In this document: positions 11,462 through 20,692 of the stretch, piece after piece | How positions within the stretch are numbered: the first letter of the stretch is position 1 | Layout of the letters: the number at the start of each line of letters is the position of its first letter | Assembly: GCA_030550275.1 (NCBI GenBank) | Contig: JAUQPR010000003.1 | Coordinates: 69,571-133,570 of the forward strand | Length of the DNA: 64,000 bases | Direction of reading: 5' to 3' | Source of the DNA: Bacteroidota bacterium | Lineage (GTDB): Bacteria > Bacteroidota > Ignavibacteria > Kapaibacteriales > HRBIN21 | Made by a program: the position numbers and the translations under genes | Notes under the pieces: generated by a model | The model's database searches: none | Told to the model about the DNA's origin: nothing | Seen by the model: only the letters and a program-made list of their open reading frames with translations

Positions 11462-12667
11462 CTACACCGGCTCCCGGGGCGGCTGCAGCTCCCCAAGGAA
11501 GGGCGTCACATCCTGGAACAGCCCGCGCGTGGACTCCTCATGGATGTAGCGCACGACCGCCTCCAAGGAGCCCGTCTCCCGCCACACGCGGAGCTGCCGG
11601 TCCGCCCCCGTGCCCATCTCCAGGATTTCGTGGATGTACTCGATCTCCTTGCGCGTGCCCAGCTCATCGACGACATCGTCCACAAACTCCAGCAACTCCC
11701 GAATTAGCATGCGTGCCGGGAACTCGCGCTGCTTGCCAAAGTCGATGAGCTTGCCATCAATGCCGTAGCGCACCGCGCGCCATTTGTTCTCCATGATGAG
11801 CGAGCGCCGGTAGACACGGAAGCTCATGTTCTTCTGGTAGAGCGAAAACAGCTTCGCCGCGATTGCCTGGCACAGCGCCGCAATCGCCACCGTCTCATCA
11901 ATGCGCATAGGGAGGTCGCAGATGCGTATCTCCAGGGTCGGGAAGAACGGATGCGGACGAATGTCCCACCAAATCTTCTTGCCGTTGTCAATGCAGCCGG
12001 TGCGGATGAGCAAGCGGACGTAGTTTTCAAACTCCGCCCAACTGCTGAAGAAGTCCGGTAGCGCCGTCCGCGGGAAGCGCTCAAAGAGCTTGGAGCGGTA
12101 GGATTTGAGCCCGGTGTTCATGCCCATCCAGAAGGGCGAATTGGTCGAGAGCGCCAGCACGTGCGGCAGGAAGTAGCGCATCACGTTCATGAGCTGGATC
12201 TGCGTCTCGCGGTTCTCAATACCGATGTGGATGTGCAAGCCAAAGATGAGGAGCGAGCGCGCCAGGATCTGCATGTCCTCCACAATGCCCAGGTAGCGCT
12301 CATCGGGGTAGATCTCCTGCTCCTGCCAGCGGGCAAAGGGATGGGTGCTGGCGGCAGCAATGAGCAGCCCGTTCTGCCGCGCCAGATGCGCCACGATGGA
12401 GCGGATCTTCGTCAGCTCAAAGCGCACCTCCTGAATGGTGCGGCACACGCCCGTACCAATCTCCACAATCGAGGCATGGAGCTCGGGCTTGACATGCTCG
12501 TGCAACAACGTGCGTCCCTGTGAAAGCAGCTCCATCCCGATGTGCGAGCGCAGGTCGAGCGTGTGCGGGTCCAAGACCATGTACTCCTCCTCCACCCCGA
12601 TGGTGAAGCTGGGGCGTTCGTACGGGTCGTACTCCTCGCGATAGGGCACCACCTCTTCCGGACCCAT
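11462..12667 (-). CDS. Carboxylate-amine ligase / glutamate--cysteine ligase family 2 (YbdK-like)
   Basis: TIGVEEEY, FGLHIHIG, LALSTNSPFW and WWDIRPHP..TLEIRICD motifs. Confidence 0.9.
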   Translation of the reverse strand: MGPEEVVPYREEYDPYERPSFTIGVEEEYMVLDPHTLDLRSHIGMELLSQGRTLLHEHVKPELHASIVEIGTGVCRTIQEVRFELTKIRSIVAHLARQNGLLIAAASTHPFARWQEQEIYPDERYLGIVEDMQILARSLLIFGLHIHIGIENRETQIQLMNVMRYFLPHVLALSTNSPFWMGMNTGLKSYRSKLFERFPRTALPDFFSSWAEFENYVRLLIRTGCIDNGKKIWWDIRPHPFFPTLEIRICDLPMRIDETVAIAALCQAIAAKLFSLYQKNMSFRVYRRSLIMENKWRAVRYGIDGKLIDFGKQREFPARMLIRELLEFVDDVVDELGTRKEIEYIHEILEMGTGADRQLRVWRETGSLEAVVRYIHEESTRGLFQDVTPFLGELQPPREPV

Positions 12668-12754
12668 GGTGCTTGCCTACGGCTGTGGGCACATTCCGGC
12701 GCGCTCAGACGTCCTTTCCCCACAAAAGTATGCACTTCCCCGTAGATAGCCACA

Positions 12755-13495
12755 ATGGTGTGCTTCTTCGGCGATGTCCACCTGGGCGACGGGAATGGCG
12801 CCGAACAGCGCAGGCGTTGCGAGCTCCTGCTGGAGCTGCTCGCCGCGCTGCCCCGCCGCTGCTCCCATGTGGTGATTCTGGGGGACCTGTTCGACTACTG
12901 GTTCGACTACCGCACGGTCATTCCGCGGGAGTTCTGGCAGGTCGTTGCCGCTCTGGACCGGCTCCAGCGCCAGGGTGTGCGCATTGACTACCTCATGGGG
13001 AACCACGACTTTGGGCATTGGCGCTTCTTTGCCGAGGAACTGGGCATCACTCCGCACCGGGGCGATATCGAGCGGTGCTGGTACGGGAAGCGCTTCTACA
13101 TCGCCCACGGGGACGGGAAGAACCCCAGGGATTGGGGCTACCTCCTGCTGCGCGCACTGTTGCAGAACCGCTACGCTCAGGCGCTCTACCGCTTGCTCCA
13201 TCCCGACCTCGGTATTGGGCTTGCGCGCTGGGCATCACAGCGCAGCCGCATGCACAGCACCGGTTCGCAGGAGCCGCTGGCTAAGGCTCTGGAGGAGTTC
13301 GCCCAGCGCAAGCTCCGTGAAGGCTTCGATGTGGTCGTACTCGGGCACAGCCACGTGCCAGTGCTCAAATCGCTTGGGGCAGGCTGGTATCTCAACCCCG
13401 GCGGCTGGGTCGAGGATACTCCCCGCCTGGGCTGCTTCGACGGAGAGCAGCTCCGGTTGCTCCCCGTGCAGCAATGGATCGCTGCAATTGGCTGA
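12755..13495 (+). CDS. lpxH: UDP-2,3-diacylglucosamine diphosphatase (LpxH-type metallophosphoesterase)
   Basis: [27 protein letters not shown] and NPGGW motifs. Confidence 0.8.
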   Translation: MVCFFGDVHLGDGNGAEQRRRCELLLELLAALPRRCSHVVILGDLFDYWFDYRTVIPREFWQVVAALDRLQRQGVRIDYLMGNHDFGHWRFFAEELGITPHRGDIERCWYGKRFYIAHGDGKNPRDWGYLLLRALLQNRYAQALYRLLHPDLGIGLARWASQRSRMHSTGSQEPLAKALEEFAQRKLREGFDVVVLGHSHVPVLKSLGAGWYLNPGGWVEDTPRLGCFDGEQLRLLPVQQWIAAIG

Positions 13496-13560
13496 AACGG
13501 CTCTTCGTCTGCCCTGCCGCCCGAACCACATGTCCCATCAAGCCGCGTCCACCTGTGCGG

Positions 13561-14523
13561 ATGGAGTTCAAGGACTACTACAAAATCCTGGGCGTTGCGC
13601 CCGGCGCCTCGACCGATGAGATCAAGCGCGCCTACCGCAAGCTGGCGATGCAATACCACCCCGACCGCAACCCCGGCAACAAGGAAGCCGAAGAGCGCTT
13701 CAAGGAGATCGCTGAAGCCTACGAGGTGCTCACTGACCCAGAGAAGCGCGCCAAGTACGACCGGCTCTACGCTCAATGGACCGAATTCCAGCGGCGCGGG
13801 GGGCGCCCAGAATCCTTCGACTGGGGTCCCTGGGTCTCCTCCCCAGGCAGCCACGTCCACTTCACCAGCGACATCTTCTCCGAGTTCGAGGATCTCTTCA
13901 GCGGCGGCATGTCCGAGTTCTTCGAGCGCATCTTCGGTGGGTTCGGTGGGCATACCACCACGACCCGCCGCCGTGCCCGCTCTCAGGCGCAGACGGGCAT
14001 CCGCGGTGAGGACTACTCGGCAACGGTGGAGATCACGCTCGAGGAAGCCTTCAGCGGAACCCAGCGCCGGCTCCGTGTTGGGGACCGTACCATCGAGGTC
14101 CGCATCCGCCCCGGCATCCCCGATGGGCACGTCCTCAAGATCCCTGGGCAGGGAGCCCCGGGCTACATGGGTGGACCTCCGGGGGATTTGTACCTGACCG
14201 TCCGCGTCCTTCCCCACGACCGCTTCGAGCGCAAGGGCAACGATTTGTACACCAAGCTCACAGTGGACCTCTACACAGCGCTGTTGGGGGGAAGCTCCTT
14301 TGTGCGCACACTGGATGGGAAGACGCTCCAGGTGCGTATCCCGCCGGAATCGCAGCCGGGCACGCTGCTGCGGCTGCGCGGGCAGGGGATGCCGCATTAT
14401 GACAATCCGCAGCAGCGGGGGGATTTGTACGTCCGGCTCGAAGTCGAACTGCCGCGGAACCTCACGCCCCAGGAGCGCGAGCTGTTCCAGCAATTGGCAC
14501 GCCTGCGCAAGAGCATCTCCTGA
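13561..14523 (+). CDS. DnaJ class B / CbpA-like chaperone (no zinc finger)
   Basis: [12 protein letters not shown] start, HPD motif, G/F-rich region and DnaJ C-terminal domain. No CxxCxGxG repeats. Confidence 0.9.
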   Translation: MEFKDYYKILGVAPGASTDEIKRAYRKLAMQYHPDRNPGNKEAEERFKEIAEAYEVLTDPEKRAKYDRLYAQWTEFQRRGGRPESFDWGPWVSSPGSHVHFTSDIFSEFEDLFSGGMSEFFERIFGGFGGHTTTTRRRARSQAQTGIRGEDYSATVEITLEEAFSGTQRRLRVGDRTIEVRIRPGIPDGHVLKIPGQGAPGYMGGPPGDLYLTVRVLPHDRFERKGNDLYTKLTVDLYTALLGGSSFVRTLDGKTLQVRIPPESQPGTLLRLRGQGMPHYDNPQQRGDLYVRLEVELPRNLTPQERELFQQLARLRKSIS

Positions 14524-14525
14524 AG

Positions 14526-15620
14526 ATGACCCAGGTGCGGCTGTGCGGGTTGAGTAAACGCTTCCCACCCGACCGAGTCGCCCTGCACGAGGTGTGGCTA
14601 ACGGTGGAGCCCGGAGAGTTCCTCACCATCGTCGGCGCTTCCGGCAGTGGCAAGAGCACCTTGCTGCGCCTCATTGCTGGCTTGGAATTCCCCAGCAGCG
14701 GCGAGATCTACTTCAACACTGAGCGCGTCACCGAGCTACCGCCGCAGCAGCGCGACGTGGGCATGGTCTTCCAGAACTACGCTCTCTACCCGCATCTGAC
14801 GGTGTTCGAGAACCTCGCCTTCCCGCTGCGCATCCGCCGATGGCGACGCCATGCAATCGCCGAACGCGTCCGCCAAATCGCAGCACTGCTGGGGCTGGAG
14901 GCGGTGTTGGACCGCTATCCTCGGGAGCTCTCTGGAGGGCAGCGTCAGCGTGTTGCCCTGGGGCGCGCGCTGGTGCGCTCCCCCCGCGTCTTCCTCTTCG
15001 ATGAGCCGCTCTCCAATGTGGATGCCCCCCTGCGCGCACAGATGCGCGCGGATTTGCTCTCCCTTCAACGCCAGCTCGGCATTACCGCGCTCTACGTCAC
15101 CCATGACCAGCTCGAAGCGCTCTCGCTGGGCACCCGTGTCGCAGTCCTCTCCGAAGGGCGCCTGCTCCAGGTTGCCCCACCGGAGGAGCTCTACTACTTC
15201 CCCAACAGCCTCACCGTTGCCCGCTTCATTGGTTCCCCGCCGATGAACCTTCTCTCCGGCGTCGTGCAGCAAGGACAGCTCCTGCTGCGCGGTGGGGAAG
15301 CAGCGGTACCCTTGCCGCTTCCGCTGCCGGAGGGCTCGCAGTGGACCTTGGGCATCCGCGCAGAGCTGCTCACCCTGGGGAACACACCGGAGAGCGTTCC
15401 AATAGGCAACGCCATCGTCAAGAGCGTTGAGTACGCTGGGCACGAGACGCTCGTCGCCCTTGAGCATCCGGCTGCGGAGGGAAGCCTCTTCGTACGGCTC
15501 TCGCCCCCGCTGCGCCCTCCATCGTACGGGGAGACTGTCGCGCTGGCGTTGCGCCCGGGTCCGCTCTGTCTGTTCGACCCAGGCAGTGGGCAGCGCCGCT
15601 ACCCTATAGACGCACGGTGA
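14526..15620 (+). CDS. ABC transporter ATP-binding protein, MalK/UgpC family
   Basis: GASGSGKST, VFQNYALYPH, LSGGQRQRVALGRA, FDEPLSN and FIGSPPMN. Confidence 0.92.
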   Translation: MTQVRLCGLSKRFPPDRVALHEVWLTVEPGEFLTIVGASGSGKSTLLRLIAGLEFPSSGEIYFNTERVTELPPQQRDVGMVFQNYALYPHLTVFENLAFPLRIRRWRRHAIAERVRQIAALLGLEAVLDRYPRELSGGQRQRVALGRALVRSPRVFLFDEPLSNVDAPLRAQMRADLLSLQRQLGITALYVTHDQLEALSLGTRVAVLSEGRLLQVAPPEELYYFPNSLTVARFIGSPPMNLLSGVVQQGQLLLRGGEAAVPLPLPLPEGSQWTLGIRAELLTLGNTPESVPIGNAIVKSVEYAGHETLVALEHPAAEGSLFVRLSPPLRPPSYGETVALALRPGPLCLFDPGSGQRRYPIDAR

Positions 15621-18147
15621 ATCCAACGGTCGGCAAAATCGGCAGCATGCGAATGGGGCGGCTCTCGATCGCCAGCGTCTGTGGGTCCACGCGGTACTGG
15701 ATCGCCAGCACGTTCGCGCGGTTGTACACGTTGGCAATATCCAGGTACAGGCTCCACTCCTTCCCCAGCCAATCGGCATACGCCGTCAGCCGGAGGTCCA
15801 GGCGGTGATAATCCGGCAGCCGCGCGCGGTTGAGATTGTCCAATCCGCCGCGATCGGCTTGGAAGACCACCCCACGCCAATCCGTGTCAATGCGAGCAAC
15901 GGGAGCCCCTGTGGAATCGCGCTCCACAACGATTCTGGGCTTGACGCCAACGGGAGCAGTCCAGGGGAAGCCGGTCCCGTAGGTCCAGGTCGCGTTGAGC
16001 TCCAACCAGGAGTTGATGCGCCACCCGGCAACGAAGTTGAAGACGTGGCGGCGGTCGTAGTTGAAGGGATAGCGAACCCCGTCCTGCTGCCGATACGCCC
16101 AAGAGAGGGCATAGGAGATCCAGCCGTACAGGGGGCTACCTTCGCGGTAGAACTTCTGCAGCAGCAGCTCGATTCCGTACGCATCTCCGGTGGCACCGTT
16201 GACCGGGATGATGGTGAGCGAATCCCCGGGCACAGGGACCGGAGGAGTCCAGCTCTGGGGATTTCGCGGATCGGCTTCCGGGCTGCGCAACTGCGTCACC
16301 CAGACCGTCCCGGCAAGCCGCTCCTGTACGATGAGGTTCCAGAAGCGCTTGTAGTAGAGCTCCAGCCGAAGCTGCCATTCCGGTGACACCATTCGCTCCA
16401 CACCCGCCACCCAATGGGCTGCAGCCTCTGCCTGGAGCTGGCGAGCTCGCGGGTGCGTGAAGTCCAGAAAGGTCTGCCGGTCGAACAGCTTCTCATAGCC
16501 CGGTGACTGGTAGTAGATGCCCCATGCGCCGCGCACTGTGGTTACTTCGTCCAGCATGTACGAAAGTGCCATCCGCGGTGCAACGTACCCCCGGCGGATA
16601 AACCCGAAGTAGTCCCACCGCAGTCCGGGCAGCAGCGTGAACCGCCCCAATCGGATGCGGTCCTGCACGTAGAGCGCTGTTCGGAGCGCTCCGGTACCGA
16701 CGGCGTAGCTTTCGGGGAGCTTTGGGATGCGCGGATTGGTCTCGCGCAGCGCCACCAGACGCGGGTCGAGCTTGAGGGAAAAGCCGAGCTCGTTGTCGAT
16801 CCAATCCACTCCAGCGCCAAACTCGATCTGGTGTGCCGGCAGGCTCGTGAGCACATGCTCCCACAGCAACGAGTACTTACGGAACGCAAACTCTCCGCCG
16901 CCCTCGACCGAGAACAGCCGAGGCACCTCTATGCCCAACTGCCGCAGGGAATCCTGCAGGCGGCGGAAGTCCTCCAGTGTTGCATCGCGGCTGCCGAGCA
17001 CAAGCTCGCTGCCGCCCTCGCCCCCAAACTGGTTTCTGCCGTGGTTGTTATACGCCGAAAGCTGCAGCCGAGCACTCCAACTCGGGGCGATCACCCAATC
17101 CCACGTGAACCCGGCAAGCGTGTTGTACGCCTCATCGAACAGACTCACGCTATCGGGGCGCTGCCGCCGTGCTCCGGAGGTGAGCTCGGTATTGTCCCGA
17201 TTGAAGAGCCACAGGGTGCTGAGCCGATGGGTCGAGCTGGGCGCCACCGTGAGCTTGAGCTGGAGGTCCCCGAAATTCGGCAGCGCAACATCCCCATCAA
17301 CCAACCCGGCAGCGCGGACAATCGGACCAGCAATCAGATCGTAGTAGGTCCGCCGCGACGCCAGCAGGTATGAGCCCTGCCAGAACGGCAGCCGCCCCTC
17401 CACGACGACATTGGCATTCACAAGCGTTGCCGAAAGCATGCCGCTGAATGGGCGTTCGCGCTGCCCCTGGCGCACGGTAACGTCCAGCACAGCCGAGAGC
17501 CGATCCCCGTAGCGCGCGGGGAAGCCCCCCAGCGAGAGCTGTACATCCGCAAGCGTCTCCGGATTGTACATCGAGACCAGCCCGTAGAGCCGGTAGGGGT
17601 TGAACACCTCGAAGCCGTCAATGAGAATCAGGTTCTGGTCCGGTGTCGAGCCGCGAATGACCAACTGGGAGGAGAAATCGCTCGTGGCGGTGATTCCGGG
17701 CAGCGTCTGCAGAGCACGCAGGAGGTCCTCCACAGCGCCGGCGCGGTACTTGACCGTCCGAGGTTGTACGAAGACAACACTGGGGCGGGGATCCTCGCGC
17801 GACTGCACTGGCTGTGCCCCGAGGACCTGAATCTCCCGCAGCGAGATCGCCTGCGGGCTCAGCCGCACGGTGAGCCGCTCGACCGCACCCGGGGCAAGCG
17901 ACACCCGCAGCCGTTCGGGACGATACCCGACACCGCGCACCTCCAGCTCGTGCGTTCCCGCCGGAAGCTCAAGCCGAAACCGCCCCTGTGCATCGGCAAC
18001 CGCCCCACGGTTGAGCGTCCGAACCTGCACCGTTGCCCCAGGGATAGGGGAGCCGCTGCTGTCTTGGATTATCCCGACCACCTGCGCTGCTGGCTGTGCA
18101 AGCGCCGTCACCGCACATGCATACACTGCGAGGGCAATACGCCACAT
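15604..18147 (-). CDS. TonB-dependent receptor (CarboxypepD_reg-like N-domain, plug, barrel)
   Basis: Signal peptide, IPGATV N-domain, LQTLPGI, IRGSTPDQNLILIDG, GGFPARYGDRLSAVLD and RLPDYHRLD motifs. Confidence 0.9.
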   Translation of the reverse strand: MWRIALAVYACAVTALAQPAAQVVGIIQDSSGSPIPGATVQVRTLNRGAVADAQGRFRLELPAGTHELEVRGVGYRPERLRVSLAPGAVERLTVRLSPQAISLREIQVLGAQPVQSREDPRPSVVFVQPRTVKYRAGAVEDLLRALQTLPGITATSDFSSQLVIRGSTPDQNLILIDGFEVFNPYRLYGLVSMYNPETLADVQLSLGGFPARYGDRLSAVLDVTVRQGQRERPFSGMLSATLVNANVVVEGRLPFWQGSYLLASRRTYYDLIAGPIVRAAGLVDGDVALPNFGDLQLKLTVAPSSTHRLSTLWLFNRDNTELTSGARRQRPDSVSLFDEAYNTLAGFTWDWVIAPSWSARLQLSAYNNHGRNQFGGEGGSELVLGSRDATLEDFRRLQDSLRQLGIEVPRLFSVEGGGEFAFRKYSLLWEHVLTSLPAHQIEFGAGVDWIDNELGFSLKLDPRLVALRETNPRIPKLPESYAVGTGALRTALYVQDRIRLGRFTLLPGLRWDYFGFIRRGYVAPRMALSYMLDEVTTVRGAWGIYYQSPGYEKLFDRQTFLDFTHPRARQLQAEAAAHWVAGVERMVSPEWQLRLELYYKRFWNLIVQERLAGTVWVTQLRSPEADPRNPQSWTPPVPVPGDSLTIIPVNGATGDAYGIELLLQKFYREGSPLYGWISYALSWAYRQQDGVRYPFNYDRRHVFNFVAGWRINSWLELNATWTYGTGFPWTAPVGVKPRIVVERDSTGAPVARIDTDWRGVVFQADRGGLDNLNRARLPDYHRLDLRLTAYADWLGKEWSLYLDIANVYNRANVLAIQYRVDPQTLAIESRPIRMLPILPTVGFTVRL

Positions 18148-18202
18148 TCTCCGCCTCCGTCCTTCGCAGAGGACAGAGACGAAAAAGAACCGCACCAAGG
18201 TG

Positions 18203-19054
18203 CTACAGCACTCCACCCCGCAGCGCCAGCCATCCCCACAGCACCGGAGCTGCAAAGAGAAGGCTGTCCACGCGGTCCAGTATACCCCCGTGTCCGGGCA
18301 GGAGAGCGGAGCTGTCTTTGACTCCGGCATCACGCTTGAGCTGGGATTCTGCAAGGTCGCCCAATTGCATCACCGCCCCGATGAGCGCCCCCACACCGAG
18401 CAGCTCCCAGAGCCGGATCTCTGTGAAGACGAGGCTGCCCAGCAGCGGGAACACCAGTGTCGCTGTACTCCAGCATGCAACCGCGCCCTCCCAGGTCTTC
18501 TTCGGGCTACTGCGCGGAGCAAGGGGACGTCGCCCCCAGCGCCGCCCGACTGCATACGCCGCCGTATCCGCCAGCCAAATCACCGCCAGGAGCACAAGCA
18601 CCGTCGCCCCGGGGATCCCATCGGCAACGCTTCCATGTTCCCACACCCGCAGGGCAACGAGTGTTCCCAGCGGAGCCCCAACGTACAGTGCCCCTGCAAG
18701 CGTCGCTGCCGTTGAGAGCAGCGCCATCTCCGGTCCGCGTGCAAGCTCCAATGTCCACACCAGGAGCACCCCCACAAGGACCACCACCCCGAGCACGGCA
18801 AAGTAGTCCATCCATGCGGCTGCCAATATCGGTGGGGCTACCGCCAACAGGCTGATTCCGCCCGGCTGCACCCGCACCCCCTTGCGGGCAGCCAAGGCGC
18901 GGTATTCCCATGCTCCTCCCAGTGCCACCAGAGCAACGAATCCTGCCCATGCCCATCCCCCCAGCACCACCATCGCCACGACGATGGGGATCCCCACGAC
19001 CGCAACCGCTATGCGTTGGGCTAAGGTTTTCCGTGCAGCGTCCGATGTGCTCAT
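18203..19054 (-). CDS. cdsA: Phosphatidate cytidylyltransferase
   Basis: DTAAYAVG, SPKKTWEG and GDLAESQLKRDAGVKDSSALLPGHGGILDRVDS. Confidence 0.95.
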   Translation of the reverse strand: MSTSDAARKTLAQRIAVAVVGIPIVVAMVVLGGWAWAGFVALVALGGAWEYRALAARKGVRVQPGGISLLAVAPPILAAAWMDYFAVLGVVVLVGVLLVWTLELARGPEMALLSTAATLAGALYVGAPLGTLVALRVWEHGSVADGIPGATVLVLLAVIWLADTAAYAVGRRWGRRPLAPRSSPKKTWEGAVACWSTATLVFPLLGSLVFTEIRLWELLGVGALIGAVMQLGDLAESQLKRDAGVKDSSALLPGHGGILDRVDSLLFAAPVLWGWLALRGGVL

Positions 19055-19122
19055 ATGCAGTGCAGCGAATGTGCAACCGTGCCTCGAAATTACCGTAGTT
19101 TCGCGCAGCTTGCTCTCTGCAG

Positions 19123-19941
19123 ATGCCGGTTGCCATGGACACGGGCTTGCTCATCCTCGCCTTGCCGCAGGAGCGTCCGCGTGCGGCACTGGAGTTTGCC
19201 GAGCGGATCCGCTCTCGGGATCTCCCCGTCTCTGTGTGGCTTCCAGAGTCTGAGACCGTTCCGTGGTCGCAGGAGCTGGAGCAGTTCCGACGACTCTGCC
19301 CAGTGCTGGTGGGCACAGCGTCGGCACCAGAGCATCCGGTGGAGTTCCTCGTGGACACCTCCCTCCAGCCCTCCTCCGAGCGCCGGGCGCTTCTGCAGCA
19401 GCTTCAGCAGCGCTTCCCACAGGCGCTTTGGCTCCGTTCGGGATTGACCGAAAGCGCAACCGCGTTCGCCCATACCCTGGGGAGCAGCAACGTGGTCGCC
19501 TTCGATGCACTGCCCGGGCTTCTCCGGACGCTGCAACGGATAGAGATTGCGGCGGCACTCAACGCACCCGCCGATGCCCTGTCCAAAGCCCAGGAGCTGT
19601 TTAGCGCGCTCGGCTACGCCGTCGAAGTTGTGGAGGACCGCGTGGGGCTGGTCATTCCGCGCATCCTGGCAATGCTCATCAACGAGGGTGCTTTCGCCGT
19701 GATGGAGCGCGCGGCAACACCGCAGGACATCGACACAGCAATGCGCCTGGGCACGGGCTACCCCAAAGGGGTTCTGGAATGGGGCGATGAGATTGGGCTT
19801 GAGGTCGTGCTGGCAATCCTGGATGCCCTCTACGCCGAGTACCGGCAGGAGCGCTACCGTGCCTGCGTATTGCTGCGGCAGTACGCCCGAGCCCAGCGCT
19901 TGGGACGTCATACCCACCAGGGCTTCTACCGGTATGATTGA
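19123..19941 (+). CDS. 3-hydroxyacyl-CoA dehydrogenase family protein with degenerate N-terminal domain
   Basis: C-terminal PRILAMLINE, DIDTAMRLGTGYPKG, DEIGLE and GFY motifs. No GxGxxG in the N-terminal part. Confidence 0.75.
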   Translation: MPVAMDTGLLILALPQERPRAALEFAERIRSRDLPVSVWLPESETVPWSQELEQFRRLCPVLVGTASAPEHPVEFLVDTSLQPSSERRALLQQLQQRFPQALWLRSGLTESATAFAHTLGSSNVVAFDALPGLLRTLQRIEIAAALNAPADALSKAQELFSALGYAVEVVEDRVGLVIPRILAMLINEGAFAVMERAATPQDIDTAMRLGTGYPKGVLEWGDEIGLEVVLAILDALYAEYRQERYRACVLLRQYARAQRLGRHTHQGFYRYD

Positions 19942-20692
19942 GCTGCCGGGCACATATCCCTTTGCCGAAGGGCTCAGCGCCGTTGTCTTCCTGGACTTCG
20001 ATGGCACGCTCACGCCGGTAGACATCGGCGATACGCTGCTGTGCCGCTATAGCAACGCAGCCGAACTGCTCCCAGCCGTCCGCGCGGGGCAGTTGAGCGT
20101 GCTGGAGTACTACCGCGAGGTATGCCGCAAGCTCCGCGCAACGCCGGAGGAGCTTGCTGCTGCCGCATGCGAGATTGGACTGCGTCCATACGCACGGGAG
20201 CTTGTGGAGAGCTGCTCCCGTCACGGCGCCGGTGTGGCGATCCTCAGCGATGGATTCGATGCCTACATCCTCCCCGTGCTCCGCACCGCCGGGATGGAGC
20301 ATCTCCCCATCGCGTGCAATCTGCTCCGCTGGACCGGTTCGGGCTACGAGCCAGAGTTCCCTTGGGCACAGCAACGGTGCCAGCTCGACTGCCCCGCGCC
20401 ATCCCCCTGCGCGGCGTGCAAACGGGCAGCGCTGCTGAGCTGGGCTCCACCGAGCGCGGCGGTCGTCTACGTCGGGGATGGGATGTCGGATTTCTGCCCG
20501 GCGCTCTTCGCCGATGTGGTATTCGCACGCGGCGAGCTCGTTGACTGGTGCCGCAGCCGTGGCATCGGCTACATCCCGTACGGCGATCTCTTCGAGCTGC
20601 GGCAGCGTCTGGAGGAGCTCTTCCGCCGGCGGCGTCTCTTCCAGCGGTACCTTCCACTGCGGCGGCGGCAGCGGGCATGGGTCGAGGAGTGA
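19934..20692 (+). CDS. HAD-superfamily phosphatase, MtnX-like
   Basis: DFDGT motif I, SDG motif II, CK motif III and VGDGMSDFC motif IV. Confidence 0.8.
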   Translation: MIELPGTYPFAEGLSAVVFLDFDGTLTPVDIGDTLLCRYSNAAELLPAVRAGQLSVLEYYREVCRKLRATPEELAAAACEIGLRPYARELVESCSRHGAGVAILSDGFDAYILPVLRTAGMEHLPIACNLLRWTGSGYEPEFPWAQQRCQLDCPAPSPCAACKRAALLSWAPPSAAVVYVGDGMSDFCPALFADVVFARGELVDWCRSRGIGYIPYGDLFELRQRLEELFRRRRLFQRYLPLRRRQRAWVEE

